57,936 bases of DNA from a virus. Lineage: Duplodnaviria > Caudoviricetes. A program made the position numbers and the translations under genes. The notes beneath the pieces are model-generated. The model did not search any database, was not told the origin of the DNA, and saw nothing but the letters and a program-made list of their open reading frames with translations. The stretch is from IMG/VR virus record IMGVR_UViG_3300025723_000043, positions 1-57,936 of that record; one strand, given 5' to 3'. How positions within the stretch are numbered: position 1 is the stretch's first letter; each line of letters opens with the position of its first letter. Shown one piece after another: positions 7,742 through 14,213 of the stretch.

Positions 7742-8011
7742 ATTTTGTGTAAAGTTTTTGTAAAGACGTTGTATTGTTACATCAAGTGCATCGATTTCTT
7801 CCATTTTTTTTATCTTCCACATACGCTTTTCCCCATGCCAGCCAAGCATAGGACCTTGGTGGCAGTCCCAGCATAGAGCTACTACTGTGTACTGGGAGCT
7901 TTGTTTGATGTGGTGTGCAGAGCTAGGTGGTGGAGCGTCACACACTGAGCAGGGCAAAAGCTTGACTTGCTCGATGTACGCCCGTTGAACGGTCGTTAAA
8001 CTGTTGTTCAT
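7727..8011 (-). CDS. HNH/Ref-like (DUF968/DUF1364-type) Zn nuclease
   Basis: LPCSVC...SAHH...LCWDCHQG..GWHG. Confidence 0.65.
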   Translation of the reverse strand: MNNSLTTVQRAYIEQVKLLPCSVCDAPPPSSAHHIKQSSQYTVVALCWDCHQGPMLGWHGEKRMWKIKKMEEIDALDVTIQRLYKNFTQNKGLP

Positions 8012-8352
8012 GAGACGATCCTATCCATGGCCCTGTTAGAAGCTTCCTGAGACCTCCATACCTCGACACGAGCCTGAGCTGATATCAACTGCCACCTAAG
8101 CTTCTCTTCAAGCTCCATGGCCTCTCTAATGGCCTTTAAATGGGTTTTGTAGGTAGGATGGCTGTATGCCTCCCTTTCTTGGGCATTCACTGCCTCAAAA
8201 CCTGACTGCAGGGCATCCTTCATCAGCTCTGCCTTGAGGGTCTTGCGATACTCCTCTAGGTAGAACCTGTTTGCCTTTGCCTGTGCGTAAACCACAGCTT
8301 GGCTGTACATAAAATCAACTGCATCATTTGGATCTATTGTCTTTTCACTCAT
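8008..8352 (-). CDS. Alpha-helical conserved phage protein (possibly UvsY-like)
   Basis: YAQAKA..YLEE.RK..KA.LM...AQEREAY...VEVWRSQEASNR; function inferred only. Confidence 0.5.
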   Translation of the reverse strand: MSEKTIDPNDAVDFMYSQAVVYAQAKANRFYLEEYRKTLKAELMKDALQSGFEAVNAQEREAYSHPTYKTHLKAIREAMELEEKLRWQLISAQARVEVWRSQEASNRAMDRIVS

Positions 8353-8355
8353 TTT

Positions 8356-8817
8356 TTAACTCCTTTTTAAACTTCCTCTGTACCACTCTGCTATCAATAG
8401 AGCTTCTGCCCTACCTCCATACTTAACCAACCTCAAGGGTGCTTGGCTGAACTTCACCCTTGCCAAATTCAAACTTGTAGACTTACTAGAATCGATTTTG
8501 AGCGATTTTTTCCATTCTTGGGGTGTAACTAGCACCAAGGTTGTTTTGAATCGTTTTGCAAGGCATAAAGCTGTTCCAAATGCCGTTCCAAACTTAAAGG
8601 TAGATGCAACTCCCTGCCTTGGCATAGAGTGCACCTTTTCCAGAACAACAACGAGGTCTTGACCATCCCTAGCTTGTCTCATCTCGTCCCAAATTCGTTC
8701 AGAGTCAAGGGTGCCATCAGGAGAGGTATGCATATCACCACAGGACCAGTAGTCACCATTGTGGTCAATCATGCCCCATGCTCCTGAAAAGCCAGCGTCA
8801 ATTCCGCAAATCAGCAT
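8356..8817 (-). CDS. RuvC-like Holliday junction resolvase
   Basis: ICGIDAGFSG, VVLEKVHSMP.QGV.S.FKFG, VTPQEWKK, GRAEALLIA. Confidence 0.85.
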   Translation of the reverse strand: MLICGIDAGFSGAWGMIDHNGDYWSCGDMHTSPDGTLDSERIWDEMRQARDGQDLVVVLEKVHSMPRQGVASTFKFGTAFGTALCLAKRFKTTLVLVTPQEWKKSLKIDSSKSTSLNLARVKFSQAPLRLVKYGGRAEALLIAEWYRGSLKRS

Positions 8818-9019
8818 CTTTCAGCTCCTTGATTCTCTTGGCTACTTCCTTGCCAAGTCCTACCCACAAACCAGTCTCGTCTTTCTCCAACTCCCTCACT
8901 CTGTGGCGAGCATGGTCTATCGAAGCTGAGTTCAAGGCCATCCTCGCATAGTGGTCCACAATAGTCTCCAGTGAGATACAGTGCCAAGTTGATGTCTCTG
9001 AGGGTTGCTGGTTGTCCAT
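8798..9019 (-). CDS. Hypothetical protein (overlaps 8811-9062 in another frame; true start probably internal)
   Basis: C-terminal part DHYARMA...HARHRVRELEK looks helical and protein-like; overlaps the resolvase start. Confidence 0.45.
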   Translation of the reverse strand: MDNQQPSETSTWHCISLETIVDHYARMALNSASIDHARHRVRELEKDETGLWVGLGKEVAKRIKELKDADLRN

Positions 9020-9062
9020 ACTTCACTGCTGTCAAAAGTTCTTGGGCTTGGTAGTAGTTCAA
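8811..9062 (-). CDS. Hypothetical protein
   Basis: TTG start coupled to the upstream stop; N-terminus MNYYQAQELL...INLALYLTGD looks protein-like. Confidence 0.5.
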   Translation of the reverse strand: MNYYQAQELLTAVKYGQPATLRDINLALYLTGDYCGPLCEDGLELSFDRPCSPQSEGVGERRDWFVGRTWQGSSQENQGAERC

Positions 9063-9286
9063 AATTCGTCCTTTGGCTCGTAGTAGTTGGCAATACCATG
9101 CTCGTCACCCAAGTGCTTTCTGCCAAGAATCCTTGCTGTGATGGCACTCCAGTGCTCAGAGTCAGCCCAAGCATGAGCAGAGCACAAAGGCTTACCCATG
9201 TTCACGGACCATCTGTTTGGACAGCCATGGGCTAAACACATTAACTTTGACTCGTCAAACTCTCTAGGCTCGTTTTTTGGCAACAT
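9059..9286 (-). CDS. Hypothetical Zn-binding protein
   Basis: C.AHGCPNRW...LCSAHAW. Confidence 0.65.
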   Translation of the reverse strand: MLPKNEPREFDESKLMCLAHGCPNRWSVNMGKPLCSAHAWADSEHWSAITARILGRKHLGDEHGIANYYEPKDEF

Positions 9287-9681
9287 TAAAATTTTCCTTT
9301 GTAAGTGTTTCTCAGCTCTCTTAACTTTTTTAGGCCCTCTTGCTTGACTCTCTCAAGCTCTTCAGGGTCAACAGGTGTTGGGTTGTGTTCAATCTGAACA
9401 ACTCCCCTTTGAGGGATAGAAGGTCCAGAGTTGCACAAGTCACGGAACTTGATCGCAGAAGGAGGGAAGTCAGGGTGTAAGTGCTCAAAGGCAAAATCCA
9501 TGGATGGCTTGTAGGTCAGGAAACCACCGATAATGTCCATCCACACTTTTCTCACCATGGCTGGTTCTGATGCTTCAAAGTGTCTATCAAAGGCTGAACC
9601 ATAGACTGCACTCATGTAGGCAAAAATGTAGTCCAAGCCTTCCTCTTTTGTACAAAAGTTCTCATCCGAGTAGTTTGACAT
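9286..9681 (-). CDS. Replication protein P-like / helicase loader (putative)
   Basis: IF..M...YG..F, W...., FPPSAIKFRDLC; directly downstream of the initiator. Confidence 0.6.
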   Translation of the reverse strand: MSNYSDENFCTKEEGLDYIFAYMSAVYGSAFDRHFEASEPAMVRKVWMDIIGGFLTYKPSMDFAFEHLHPDFPPSAIKFRDLCNSGPSIPQRGVVQIEHNPTPVDPEELERVKQEGLKKLRELRNTYKGKF

Positions 9682-10417
9682 TTGAGCCTCCAATCAATCC
9701 ACGAGTTAGACCAGATAGAACCTTTTGCTTGGCTTGAGCACTTTTGGTCAAACCAGCGTTCTGTTCCTGCATTTGCTTTTCGTACCAAGAACCTTTGAAA
9801 GAAGCCCAGTTGCTCAGGCAACAATACTTGACTCCCTCTTGGTCACTCAGGTTAGCCTTACGGAACTCGTTTTGGATTTGTCCCCAAGCAGTCTCTGTCA
9901 TAGGTAGTTTTTTGGCTTTCCTGATGACCAGCCAATCGTTCCAAACTTGTTGATCGACAGTGGGTGGGCAGGCAACGACAGTTGCCTTCTCTCTACTTGG
10001 TTTATGGTTATTGGTTATTGGTTTATGGTTATTGGTTAGTTGCTCATCTGTTAAACTGTTGTTTAACACCTGTTCAACACCTGTTGAGTTCTTGTTCAAC
10101 GCCCGTTTAATAGCTGATGCTTTGCCAGCTTTTGATTTGTCGTTAATGAATCCTTTGTAATTACTTATCTCTTCATCACATCTAGATTGGTGCCAATACC
10201 CATCTTTAAGTGTAAAGAACATTTTGAGAATTCCTGAAACAGCTTCTTCGTTGTCTCTAGCATTTAATTTCATGCTTAGAGTAAACAAATCGTCAGGTAA
10301 CGGACCCTCAGTATCGTAATAAATCCAAAGGAGTTTTAAATAGATGCCAACTTCTTCGTTTGTCAAAAAAGCTGTATCTTTGATGAAGTCACCAATATGG
10401 TGCTGATAGTAATGCAT
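9662..10417 (-). CDS. DUF1376 (YdaU-like) replication initiator
   Basis: MHYYQHHIGDF..DT..L...E.GIY..LL..YY..E.PL; C-terminal W.DW...RKAKK.P.T domain; internal iterons. Confidence 0.85.
   Translation of the reverse strand: MHYYQHHIGDFIKDTAFLTNEEVGIYLKLLWIYYDTEGPLPDDLFTLSMKLNARDNEEAVSGILKMFFTLKDGYWHQSRCDEEISNYKGFINDKSKAGKASAIKRALNKNSTGVEQVLNNSLTDEQLTNNHKPITNNHKPSREKATVVACPPTVDQQVWNDWLVIRKAKKLPMTETAWGQIQNEFRKANLSDQEGVKYCCLSNWASFKGSWYEKQMQEQNAGLTKSAQAKQKVLSGLTRGLIGGSNVKLLG
9997..10085. repeat. Iteron-like repeats inside the initiator gene (probable origin)
   Basis: Two perfect 21-mers TTGGTTTATGGTTATTGGTTA (9997-10038) and two AACACCTGTT (10065-10085). Confidence 0.65.
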
Positions 10418-10458
10418 ATGAACCTACTTTCATGGGTCGCTTTCACTTGATGAAACAG

Positions 10459-10504
10459 TGGCAGGACGGTGAAAGAGTCGTCTTTTCGGGAGCTACCCTA
10501 GCCA
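10459..10504 (-). promoter_or_regulatory. Structured leader upstream of the replication initiator
   Basis: TGGC-TA-GGG-TAGCT-CCC-GAAAA-GACG-N10-CGTC-CT-GCCA three-way junction. Confidence 0.45.
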
Positions 10505-10519
10505 TGTTCAAAAAAAATT

Positions 10520-10723
10520 TTACTCCAAAAAAAGATCTGGACGCAAGACTTTTCTACTGACTAACCCTGATGTGGCTCGTTCAATTTTCACAGATAGTTT
10601 TGCTGATGGCTTTCTATGACCATGAATGAGCAAGGATAACCATGTCGAGCTGATACCCAAGTATCCAGCCATCTCAACAATTGCACCCTTAGGTTCTTCT
10701 TTGAAATATTCGTCTAACGTCAT
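10520..10723 (-). CDS. Cro/YdaS-like HTH regulator
   Basis: MTLDEYF...MAGYLGISSTWLS..IHGHRKPS..L...IERATSGLVSR..LRPDLF. Confidence 0.85.
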   Translation of the reverse strand: MTLDEYFKEEPKGAIVEMAGYLGISSTWLSLLIHGHRKPSAKLSVKIERATSGLVSRKVLRPDLFLE

Positions 10724-10739
10724 TGTTCTTATCCTGTTG

Positions 10740-10824
10740 TTGTTGGCGTTCACATAAAGCAGTGTCGAGGTTGCACAACACTTCTAAGAATTGCCCTCAC
10801 GGAGCTAAACCGTTTCGCCAACAA
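10740..10824 (-). ncRNA. Putative structured RNA element, copy 2 (at the predicted leftward TSS)
   Basis: TTGTTGGCG/CGCCAACAA closing stem; ACGG-TTTAGCT-CCGT hairpin; AGTGTTG/CGACACT stem; homologous to 1069-1152. Confidence 0.7.
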
Positions 10825-10828
10825 ATGC

Positions 10829-10858
10829 ATCTTACCATAACTTGTTGTTAACGTGCAA
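10829..10858 (-). promoter_or_regulatory. Leftward promoter (cro/replication operon)
   Basis: TTGCAC-18 nt-TAAGAT with extended TG; near-match operator ATAACT-TGT-TGTTAA in the spacer. Confidence 0.6.
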
Positions 10859-10878
10859 CCACATTTGTGAATAAAATG

Positions 10879-10908
10879 TTGCTTTACTTTTAATTAACGT
10901 GCTACTAT
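10879..10908 (+). promoter_or_regulatory. Rightward promoter (recombination operon)
   Basis: TTGCTT-18 nt-TACTAT with extended TG; near-match operator TTTACT-TTT-AATTAA. Confidence 0.55.
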
Positions 10909-10945
10909 TCGTTTGCGTCAATAAGGCGTTTATTTGGAGATTAAA

Positions 10946-11176
10946 TTGGATAAAGTTTTTTACACCACCAGAACTGGAATCAAGATTGGTTCCCAGTACA
11001 CACCACCTCTTCGTCAACTCAACCATGATGAAGAGCGTGTCCAAACAGCTCTGCTAGAGCACGACCCACAATCTTTGAATTGGCTGAACCATAGTTTGGT
11101 TGAGGTAGTTTCACGCATTGTTTTTTTAATCGCAATGATTGTTGTTTTTTTTGATTTATTTTTTTGGAGACCATGA
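10946..11176 (+). CDS. Hypothetical membrane protein
   Basis: YTTRTGIKIG..Y.PP motif, C-terminal TM ending DLFFWRP; TTG start after GGAG. Confidence 0.65.
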   Translation: MDKVFYTTRTGIKIGSQYTPPLRQLNHDEERVQTALLEHDPQSLNWLNHSLVEVVSRIVFLIAMIVVFFDLFFWRP

Positions 11177-11568
11177 TGATTGATTTGCACAAAAGAGAGT
11201 TTGATAAAGCCATTCGTACTTTGTTGTCACTTAACTTGAAGTTTTTAGTAATTGATCCTGATGGCAATCATCATGGAGAATTGAAGATTGCAGTTGAAGA
11301 ACCAAAGATATATAAAACAAGAATCAGAAAATATCCTCATGGTAGTTTGACAAAGTATTTACTGCCTTACATTCATTCAATCAAAGAAAAAGAAAGTGTG
11401 TTGATTCCTGTTGACCAGTTTGATGGTTTAAGCTTACAGGGCTGTTTTGGTTCAATTGCAAATAAAGTTTGGGGTACAGGAAACTATTCCACATCAGTTC
11501 ACCCAGAAGGTTTAATGGTATTTAGAAAAATCAGTGAGGCTACTTATGAGCAACAGAAGATATTTTGA
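11173..11568 (+). CDS. Hypothetical protein
   Basis: ORF track; ATGA coupling. Confidence 0.7.
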   Translation: MMIDLHKREFDKAIRTLLSLNLKFLVIDPDGNHHGELKIAVEEPKIYKTRIRKYPHGSLTKYLLPYIHSIKEKESVLIPVDQFDGLSLQGCFGSIANKVWGTGNYSTSVHPEGLMVFRKISEATYEQQKIF

Positions 11569-11710
11569 AGAAGACGAGTACCAAGAGTGGAAAAAGGAGG
11601 TAGAAGAAACAGGGGAGTATGACCTCTGGGAGTTAGAGCAGTTAGCAAAGAAAGTTGAATTAAATTTAACTAGTCAGTTTAAACAAATTTTTGGAGAAAC
11701 AAATGGATGA
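11546..11710 (+). CDS. Hypothetical acidic protein (54 aa)
   Basis: Manual ORF MSNRRYFEEDEYQEWKKE...; GAGG RBS; bridges the gap to the next gene. Confidence 0.55.
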   Translation: MSNRRYFEEDEYQEWKKEVEETGEYDLWELEQLAKKVELNLTSQFKQIFGETNG

Positions 11711-12344
11711 TTTTATTGTTAGACGTAACAACACAGAGCGTAAATTTAAGCTAGTGCCTGCAGGTTCACACCTTGCACGATGCTATCGATTGGTAGACCT
11801 TGGAACCCAAAAAACAGATTACATGGGTACTCCAAAGATGCAACGCAAGCTCATGCTTGGCTGGGAGCTGTTTGGTGAGGATGACGAAGGCAATCCCTTG
11901 GTCACTGATGATGGCAAACCCATGGCTATATTCAAGAACTACACCATGTCATGGGCAGATGGTGCAACCCTGCGAAAAGACCTCCAGTCTTGGAGAAACA
12001 AAGCTTTCTCAGCAAAAGAGATGGATGAGTTTGACCTGAAGACAGTCATTGGTGTCTATTGCATGATCAACGTGGTCCATAAAGCCACAGAGAACAACAT
12101 CTATGCAAACGTAGGTAGCGTAGGTCCAGTTCCTACCTTGATCAGACAAGCAGGCCTTCCTGAGCCTGTGAATGAGAACCAAATATTCATGATTTCTAAC
12201 CCTAACATGAAGATCTTTGAGACTTTTGGTGAAGGCTTGAAAAACAAGATTGAATCCTCTCCTGAGTGGCAGATGAGGGGCAACAAAAAGATTGTCCAAA
12301 CCTCTAGTGTGTTTGATGACATGAATGATGACGTACCCTTTTGA
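11703..12344 (+). CDS. Putative single-stranded DNA-binding / replication protein
   Basis: VPAGSHLARCY.LVDLGTQ, LRKDLQSWR, CMINV.H, YANV; acidic SSB-type tail DDMNDDVPF; next to the exonuclease. Confidence 0.65.
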   Translation: MDDFIVRRNNTERKFKLVPAGSHLARCYRLVDLGTQKTDYMGTPKMQRKLMLGWELFGEDDEGNPLVTDDGKPMAIFKNYTMSWADGATLRKDLQSWRNKAFSAKEMDEFDLKTVIGVYCMINVVHKATENNIYANVGSVGPVPTLIRQAGLPEPVNENQIFMISNPNMKIFETFGEGLKNKIESSPEWQMRGNKKIVQTSSVFDDMNDDVPF

Positions 12345-12353
12345 AAGAACTAA

Positions 12354-13109
12354 ATGATCGTAAGAGCTTCTGAATCACAACACTGGTATGACAGGGAAGG
12401 AAAGCCTGCATACTCAGTCACTGCTAAAAATGGCCTGCAAAGGCCTACAACCTTGCGAGATGCACGCAAGCTGAACTTAGTACCTTCGGTTACCACCATC
12501 CTGAGCTGTGCTTCTAAGCCAGCTTTGGAAGCTTGGAAACTCAATCAAATGATGTTAGCTTGCCTGACCTTGCCACGAGTGGAGGGTGAGACAGAGGAAA
12601 ACTTCATTTCAAGGATTGTGAAGGACTCGAAGGAACAGGCAAAGGTAGCATCTGAGCGTGGTACAACCATCCATGGAGCCTTAGAAAGCTTCTACGAGGG
12701 CATTTACCTTGCAGACTTCATGGACTATCAGACAGGTGTAGATAAGGCCATGCAAGCCTCTTTTGGGGCTCCTGAGTGGTCTACAGAGAAGTCTTTCTGC
12801 CACGAGCTTGGGTTTGGTGGGAAAGTGGATCTGCACTCAAAGTCTGGGCAGGGTATTGTGGTGGACTTCAAGACGAAGGAGTTCAAGGACCCAAATACGG
12901 TGGAGGCGTATGACGAGCATTTGATGCAGTTGTGTGCGTATCGTGTGGGGTTGGGTATACCAAATGCGAGGTGTGCAAATGTGTTTGTGTCCGTGACGGA
13001 CCCCGGTCTCGTGAAGGTCATCGAATGGTCCGAAGACGAAATGCAACGTGGTTGGATCATGTTCCAATCCCTCCTCAACTACTGGCAAGCTAAAAACAAA
13101 CACAGGTGA
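12354..13109 (+). CDS. PD-(D/E)XK exonuclease (recombination)
   Basis: VPSVTTIL, RGT.IH, EKSF, GGKVDL, VVDFKTK, QLCAY. Confidence 0.85.
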   Translation: MIVRASESQHWYDREGKPAYSVTAKNGLQRPTTLRDARKLNLVPSVTTILSCASKPALEAWKLNQMMLACLTLPRVEGETEENFISRIVKDSKEQAKVASERGTTIHGALESFYEGIYLADFMDYQTGVDKAMQASFGAPEWSTEKSFCHELGFGGKVDLHSKSGQGIVVDFKTKEFKDPNTVEAYDEHLMQLCAYRVGLGIPNARCANVFVSVTDPGLVKVIEWSEDEMQRGWIMFQSLLNYWQAKNKHR

Positions 13110-13112
13110 TTT

Positions 13113-13262
13113 ATGTGGCAAATTGGTGGATTTCTTTGCTTCTGGGCATGGCTAACGCACATCTTCTTTTGCTTTGGTCATTCTGCATGGGGCTTCCTGC
13201 TTGCAGGAGCTATCTTCTTCCCCATAGGAATACTCCATGGGTTTTATCTTTGGTTTAACTAG
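13113..13262 (+). CDS. Small two-TM membrane protein (49 aa)
   Basis: Manual ORF MWQIGGFLCFWAWLTHIFFCF...FFPIGILHGFYLWFN; AGGTG RBS. Confidence 0.6.
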   Translation: MWQIGGFLCFWAWLTHIFFCFGHSAWGFLLAGAIFFPIGILHGFYLWFN

Positions 13263-13270
13263 GAAAATTT

Positions 13271-13507
13271 ATGTCTAGAATAAAAATTGATATTGCAACA
13301 GATGAATTTGAGTTTGTAAAAGAGGCAATTGCTTATAAATCCAAAGCTTTGATCGATTATCTTGATCGATGTAAAGCAGAATGTGAAATTAAAGATGTTG
13401 AAATCAATGGCTTTAATAATGCATTGAGAGAAATGATTGACAACCCTACCTTCAAAAAACTTGGTAGGCCTCGTAAAACTGTAAGGAGAACACGCAATGC
13501 AAAATAA
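13271..13507 (+). CDS. Hypothetical protein with basic GRPRK tail
   Basis: ORF track; AGGA RBS. Confidence 0.65.
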   Translation: MSRIKIDIATDEFEFVKEAIAYKSKALIDYLDRCKAECEIKDVEINGFNNALREMIDNPTFKKLGRPRKTVRRTRNAK

Positions 13508-13727
13508 ATATTTATCTGAAGACGATATCAAACGAGTCTTTTTTCAATCCAACATGGATAAAGAAGAAGGCTATGATTTTGATGAACTGCTAGACTTTGC
13601 TGACAAAGTTATCTTGACAGCATCATTTCCAATTGCTCGCACAGAACGAGAGTTCTGCATCGAGTTTGTTGAGTCTCTGAATGTTGAAGTAGCCAAGGCA
13701 CTCAGAGAAAAAAGAGGCAGTCTGTGA
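13497..13727 (+). CDS. Hypothetical protein
   Basis: ORF track; AGGAG RBS. Confidence 0.7.
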   Translation: MQNKYLSEDDIKRVFFQSNMDKEEGYDFDELLDFADKVILTASFPIARTEREFCIEFVESLNVEVAKALREKRGSL

Positions 13728-13957
13728 CATCTGACGATGTGATCACAGAACTTCTGGGAGAAGGGTGGGATAAAGATGTCCTACCCTACTTTCTAGATTT
13801 TCTAAAAAGATCCCTAAAAGATGCAGATAGGTACTGTTTCATCAGAGACTTTGCCAAAACATTAACTTTCAATCATAATCCTAGAGACAGGCTGGAAATG
13901 AAACACTTTGATGATGTTTTGGATGCAAAAAAGTATGATTTTGATGAAAATCACTGA
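13724..13957 (+). CDS. Hypothetical protein
   Basis: GTG start overlapping the upstream stop; KDADRY motif. Confidence 0.6.
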   Translation: MTSDDVITELLGEGWDKDVLPYFLDFLKRSLKDADRYCFIRDFAKTLTFNHNPRDRLEMKHFDDVLDAKKYDFDENH

Positions 13958-14156
13958 CGGAAAGCTGGAAGCTAACTGGGATGAAATCAAGTCCTTAGCT
14001 GATGCGTATGACCGTGGCTGTCGCTCTGAAGAATCATACAAAGCAAAGATGTTTGGCTTGATTTATGAGATGGGCTATACATCTGCTATGGATGATATGG
14101 AAGAGCAAGGCCTGCAAATGGGCTATCTCATGACCCACACCATGGGAAATGCCTAA
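13944..14156 (+). CDS. Hypothetical protein
   Basis: ORF track; last gene before the convergent terminator. Confidence 0.6.
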   Translation: MKITDGKLEANWDEIKSLADAYDRGCRSEESYKAKMFGLIYEMGYTSAMDDMEEQGLQMGYLMTHTMGNA

Positions 14157-14181
14157 AAAAAGGGGGGCTGTTAGGCCCCCC
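14155..14181 (-). terminator. Rho-independent terminator ending the structural operon
   Basis: GGGGGGC-loop-GCCCCCC followed by T7 on the - strand, between convergent genes. Confidence 0.8.
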
Positions 14182-14213
14182 AAACGCTTCTTTGCATTGG
14201 CAACTGCTAGAAG

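Noticed and set aside
9997-10038. CRISPR-like array
   Set aside because: Short tandem repeats without spacers, inside a coding region; no cas genes.
10740-10824. tRNA or hammerhead/twister ribozyme
   Set aside because: No TTC T-loop or four-arm cloverleaf, no CUGANGA core, no twister consensus recognised; kept as an unassigned RNA.
10520-11176. Lysogeny module (CI, integrase, att sites)
   Set aside because: Only a Cro-like HTH is present; the divergent gene is a small membrane protein; no recombinase motifs or host flanks seen.
12354-13109. Cas4 of a CRISPR system
   Set aside because: No four-Cys Fe-S pattern and no array; the context next to an SSB-like gene indicates a phage recombination exonuclease.
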